Positions 61,301 to 64,000 of a stretch of DNA of 64,000 bases are shown here, piece by piece; the stretch's first letter is position 1, and the number at the start of each line of letters is the position of its first letter. The DNA is from an uncultured Acidimicrobiales bacterium (GTDB lineage Bacteria > Actinomycetota > Acidimicrobiia > Acidimicrobiales > DATKAS01), in contig CAVXAI010000008.1 of the NCBI GenBank assembly GCA_963759645.1, forward strand, positions 206,496-270,495, in the 5' to 3' direction. The notes beneath the pieces were generated by a model. That model had not been told where the DNA came from. It did no database searches and saw only the letters and a list, made by a program, of their open reading frames with translations. The position numbers were made by a program, and so were the translations under genes.

Positions 61301-62638
61301 ATGCAGGCCATCCTCGATGCCATCCTCGCGGGCGCCCCCGCCGACGAGCTCGCCGCTCTCCCCCTCCCCGAAGCTCACCGCGCGGTCGTCGTGCGCAAGG
61401 ACGAGGTCGGGATGTTCGAGGGCATGGAGTCGGCGGCGAAGGATCCCCGCAAGTCGCTGCACCTCGAAGAGGTGCCGCTCCCCGAGCTCGCTCCCGACGA
61501 GGCGTACGTCGCTGTCATGGCGAGCTCGATCAATTTCAACACCGTCTGGACATCGATCTTCGAGCCGTTGCCGACGTTCATGTTCCTCGAGCGCTACGGC
61601 AAGGAGAGCACGTGGGCGAAGCGCCACGACCTCCCGTACCAAGTCGTCGGCTCCGACGCGTCGGGTGTCGTGCTGGGGGTTGGCTCGGCGGTCCGCAACT
61701 GGAGGGTCGGCGACCGCGTGACGGTCCACTGCAACTCGGTCGACGACCAGGACCCCTCGGCGCACGACGATTCGATGCTGGCGACCAACCAACGGATCTG
61801 GGGCTTCGAGACCAACTTCGGCGGCCTCGCCGACGTCGCGCTCGTGAAAGCCAACCAGCTCATGCCGAAGCCGGCCCACCTCACCTGGGAAGAGGCGGCC
61901 GTGAACGCGCTGTGCAACTCGACGTCGTACCGCATGCTCGTCGGCGAGCACGGAGCTCGCATGAAGCAGGGCGACACCGTGCTGGTGTGGGGCGCGACCG
62001 GGGGCATCGGTGGCTACGCGGTGCAGTACGTGCTGAACGGCGGTGGCACCCCCGTCGGCGTGGTCAGCTCTCCCGAAAAGGCCGAGCTCTTGCGCGAGCT
62101 CGGCTGCGACGCGGTGATCGATCGCAACGCGGGCGAATACAAGTTTTGGAAGGACGCGACGACGCAAGACGAGAGCGAGTGGCGGCGGTTCGGCAAGGAC
62201 GTGCGGGCGCTTGTCGGCGACGACCCCGACATCGTGTTCGAGCATCCCGGACGGTCGACGATGGGCGCGTCGATCTTCGTCGCCAAGCGAGGCGGCACAG
62301 TCGTGACGTGCGCGGCGACGTCGGGGTACATGGTGGAGTTCGACAACCGCCACTTCTGGATGAAGCTCAAGCGCCTCATCGCCAGCCACTTCGCCAACTA
62401 CCGAGAGGCGTGGGAAGCGAACCGGCTGATCAGCCGCGGTGCGATCCAGCCTCTGCTGTCGGCGGTCTACCCGTTGGGTGAGACCGGCGAGGCCGCGTAC
62501 CAGGTGCACAAGAACCAACACGAAGGCAAGATCGGGGTGCTGTGCCTTGCACCGTCTGAAGGACTCGGCATCGACGATCCGGAGCTCCGGGCGAAGGTCG
62601 GCGAGGACCGCATCACGGTGTTCCGGAGGCATCAATGA
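61301..62638 (+). CDS. ccr: Crotonyl-CoA carboxylase/reductase
   Basis: Intact 445-aa MDR-family ORF. The Ccr-typical stretches are MASSINFNTVW, QRIWGFETNFGGLA, VWGATGGIGGYAVQ and HFANYREAWEANRLI. Confidence 0.8.
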   Translation: MQAILDAILAGAPADELAALPLPEAHRAVVVRKDEVGMFEGMESAAKDPRKSLHLEEVPLPELAPDEAYVAVMASSINFNTVWTSIFEPLPTFMFLERYGKESTWAKRHDLPYQVVGSDASGVVLGVGSAVRNWRVGDRVTVHCNSVDDQDPSAHDDSMLATNQRIWGFETNFGGLADVALVKANQLMPKPAHLTWEEAAVNALCNSTSYRMLVGEHGARMKQGDTVLVWGATGGIGGYAVQYVLNGGGTPVGVVSSPEKAELLRELGCDAVIDRNAGEYKFWKDATTQDESEWRRFGKDVRALVGDDPDIVFEHPGRSTMGASIFVAKRGGTVVTCAATSGYMVEFDNRHFWMKLKRLIASHFANYREAWEANRLISRGAIQPLLSAVYPLGETGEAAYQVHKNQHEGKIGVLCLAPSEGLGIDDPELRAKVGEDRITVFRRHQ

Positions 62639-63117
62639 GCCCGCAGGTCGCACGCGGCCCCAACGACGCCGAGCACAGCGGCCAGGGCTATGGGGAAGGC
62701 CTCGCGCTCGGCGCGCCGCTCTTCACCGAGATCGACCACATCGCCATTGCCGTGCATGACCTCAACGCCGCAATCGACTACTACCGCGACGTCTTCGGCG
62801 CGACCGTCGAGCATCGCGAGATCGTCCACCACGACGGCGTGGAAGAAGCGCTGCTGAAAGTGGCCGAGAGCTACATCCAGCTGGTCACGCCGACGACCGA
62901 CGAGTCGCCCATCGCGAAGAGCCTCGAGAAGCGGGGCGAGGGATTGCACCACGTCGCATACCGGGTCGCGGACTGCGCGGCGGCGCTGCAAGCGGTGAAG
63001 GACGCCGGCTGCAGGGTCATCGACGAAAAGCCCCGACCGGGCTCACGCGGCACCACCGTCGCGTTCATCCACCCGAAGGGGGCGTTCGGCACCCTCATCG
63101 AGCTCGTGCAGGAGTGA
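62635..63117 (+). CDS. mce: Methylmalonyl/ethylmalonyl-CoA epimerase (VOC family)
   Basis: It has IDHIAIAVHDLNAAIDYY, GLHHVAYRV and AFIHPKGAFGTLIELVQ. An ATGA overlap joins it to ccr. Confidence 0.75.
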   Translation: MSPQVARGPNDAEHSGQGYGEGLALGAPLFTEIDHIAIAVHDLNAAIDYYRDVFGATVEHREIVHHDGVEEALLKVAESYIQLVTPTTDESPIAKSLEKRGEGLHHVAYRVADCAAALQAVKDAGCRVIDEKPRPGSRGTTVAFIHPKGAFGTLIELVQE

Positions 63118-63127
63118 GGCTCCGCAC

Positions 63128-63565
63128 ATGACTGAGCGCACCGGGTCCGCCCCTCAGACAGAGACCAACCGCGACATCGTCCGGCACGCGTTCGAGGCCT
63201 GGCGGCAAGGTACGGCCCCCATCACCGACGTGTTCGCGCCACAGATGGTGTGGCGCATCGAGGGTCACTCGGTCGCGTCGAGGGAGTACGGCGATCGCCA
63301 AGCGTTCGTCGACGAGGTGTTGGCGCCGTTCGGTGCACGGTTCGCCGCTGGCGAGGCCTTCCGCCCCTCCGTCGTTCGCTCGGTTCACGCCGACGGCGAC
63401 ACCGTGATCGTGGTGTGGGACGGGCGCGGGGTCGCCAATGACGGCAAGGTCTACGAGAACAGCTACGCGTGGATCATGCGGCTCGCCGATGGACAGGTGC
63501 TCGACGGCACTGCCTTCTACGACAGCATCTCCTTCAACGACCTCTGGGCCCGCGTCCGGCCCTGA
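63128..63565 (+). CDS. SnoaL-like / NTF2-fold (ketosteroid-isomerase-like) protein
   Basis: Intact 145-aa ORF. It reads NRDIVRHAFEAWRQG...YAWIMRLADGQVLDGTAFYDSISFNDLW. Confidence 0.6.
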   Translation: MTERTGSAPQTETNRDIVRHAFEAWRQGTAPITDVFAPQMVWRIEGHSVASREYGDRQAFVDEVLAPFGARFAAGEAFRPSVVRSVHADGDTVIVVWDGRGVANDGKVYENSYAWIMRLADGQVLDGTAFYDSISFNDLWARVRP

Positions 63566-63587
63566 TCCGGCGACCTCGAACGCGACG

Positions 63588-64000
63588 TCACTCGGGCGGT
63601 GTCTCGAGGAGCTCTCTCCGGACAGTCGCATACTTCAGGGTCTCGAACACCACCACGGCAGCGAGCGCCGCGGCGACGAGGGCCATTGCGAGCAGAGGTG
63701 GGCTCGACGCCGCCACTGGCCAGAGGACGATCAATCCCGCGGCCGCCACGACCCGTTGCACCTTCACGACCCGATCGAGCCGGATCCAGGACGCGACGTG
63801 TCCTGCGAGATAGGCCGCCGGACCGAGACACAGGCAGCCGGCGGCGAACCCGCCGAGGGCCTCGGAGTCGTTCGCATGGGCCAGCGCTTCCTCGATGCCC
63901 ACGGCCGTGATCACGATGCCGAGGATCATCCAGTAGTGGAGGTAGGTGTATGCCTCGATCGCGGCCTGCACCTGGTCGGCGGGGTCACGTCTGTGGAGCG
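63588..64000 (-). CDS. Low-temperature-requirement A (LtrA)-like membrane protein; C-terminal part, the gene continues beyond the right window edge
   Basis: ORF 63588..63971 is hydrophobic (YLHYWMILGIVITAVGIEEAL...), and the frame stays open upstream to the window end. Confidence 0.5.
   Translation of the reverse strand, partial: LHRRDPADQVQAAIEAYTYLHYWMILGIVITAVGIEEALAHANDSEALGGFAAGCLCLGPAAYLAGHVASWIRLDRVVKVQRVVAAAGLIVLWPVAASSPPLLAMALVAAALAAVVVFETLKYATVRRELLETPPE

Overview
This is a GC-rich chromosomal segment (third codon positions are almost all G/C) with Actinomycetota-like gene content and order. I recognise about 60 genes.

Housekeeping anchors:
- radA-disA at the left edge
- tRNA-Ser(CGA), tadA and tRNA-Ser(GGA)
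- a small SRP RNA
- dnaX-ybaB-recR

Between the anchors:
- an ABC exporter, a secreted S33 peptidase and an aminotransferase
- a divergent catabolic block: two amidohydrolases on one side, TetR, acyl-CoA synthetase, acyl-CoA dehydrogenase and a Baeyer-Villiger monooxygenase on the other
- a respiratory block, cydD-cydC-cydA-cydB-ndh
- a co-directional run of SARP/NB-ARC regulator, TTC38-like TPR protein, GNAT, two tiny ORFs (one polyproline-repeat) and a DHA2 MFS exporter
- a dienelactone hydrolase and a GH63-like glycosidase
- a BON-CBS protein, an F420/LLM oxidoreductase and a CinA-C homologue
- a MEDS/RsbW-like kinase with a PAS-PAS-GAF-PP2C phosphatase
- two tandem LipJ-like hydrolase-cyclase fusions
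- PadR with a MacB-type ABC exporter
- ArsR with a CDF transporter
- a phospholipid-remodelling cluster (PAP2 | PAP2-DAGK-YihY-PLD)
- thiolase-P450 | ccr-epimerase-SnoaL

I saw no transposase, integrase, phage, CRISPR or restriction-modification genes.

The most striking global property is that many clearly recognisable genes are broken by single-base frame shifts, plus one in-frame TAG. The breaks are very patchy: several kb-scale blocks are riddled with them while neighbouring long genes are perfectly intact.

My best candidate for an undescribed system is the SARP-TPR-GNAT-sORF-MFS run (23.2-30.3 kb). Second is the orphan MEDS-kinase/PP2C pair with its unusual GATC-rich palindromic leader.

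All calls were made by eye from the ORF translations, motifs and manual reverse-complementing. No database or HMM search was run, so family names are recollection-based and start codons are approximate.
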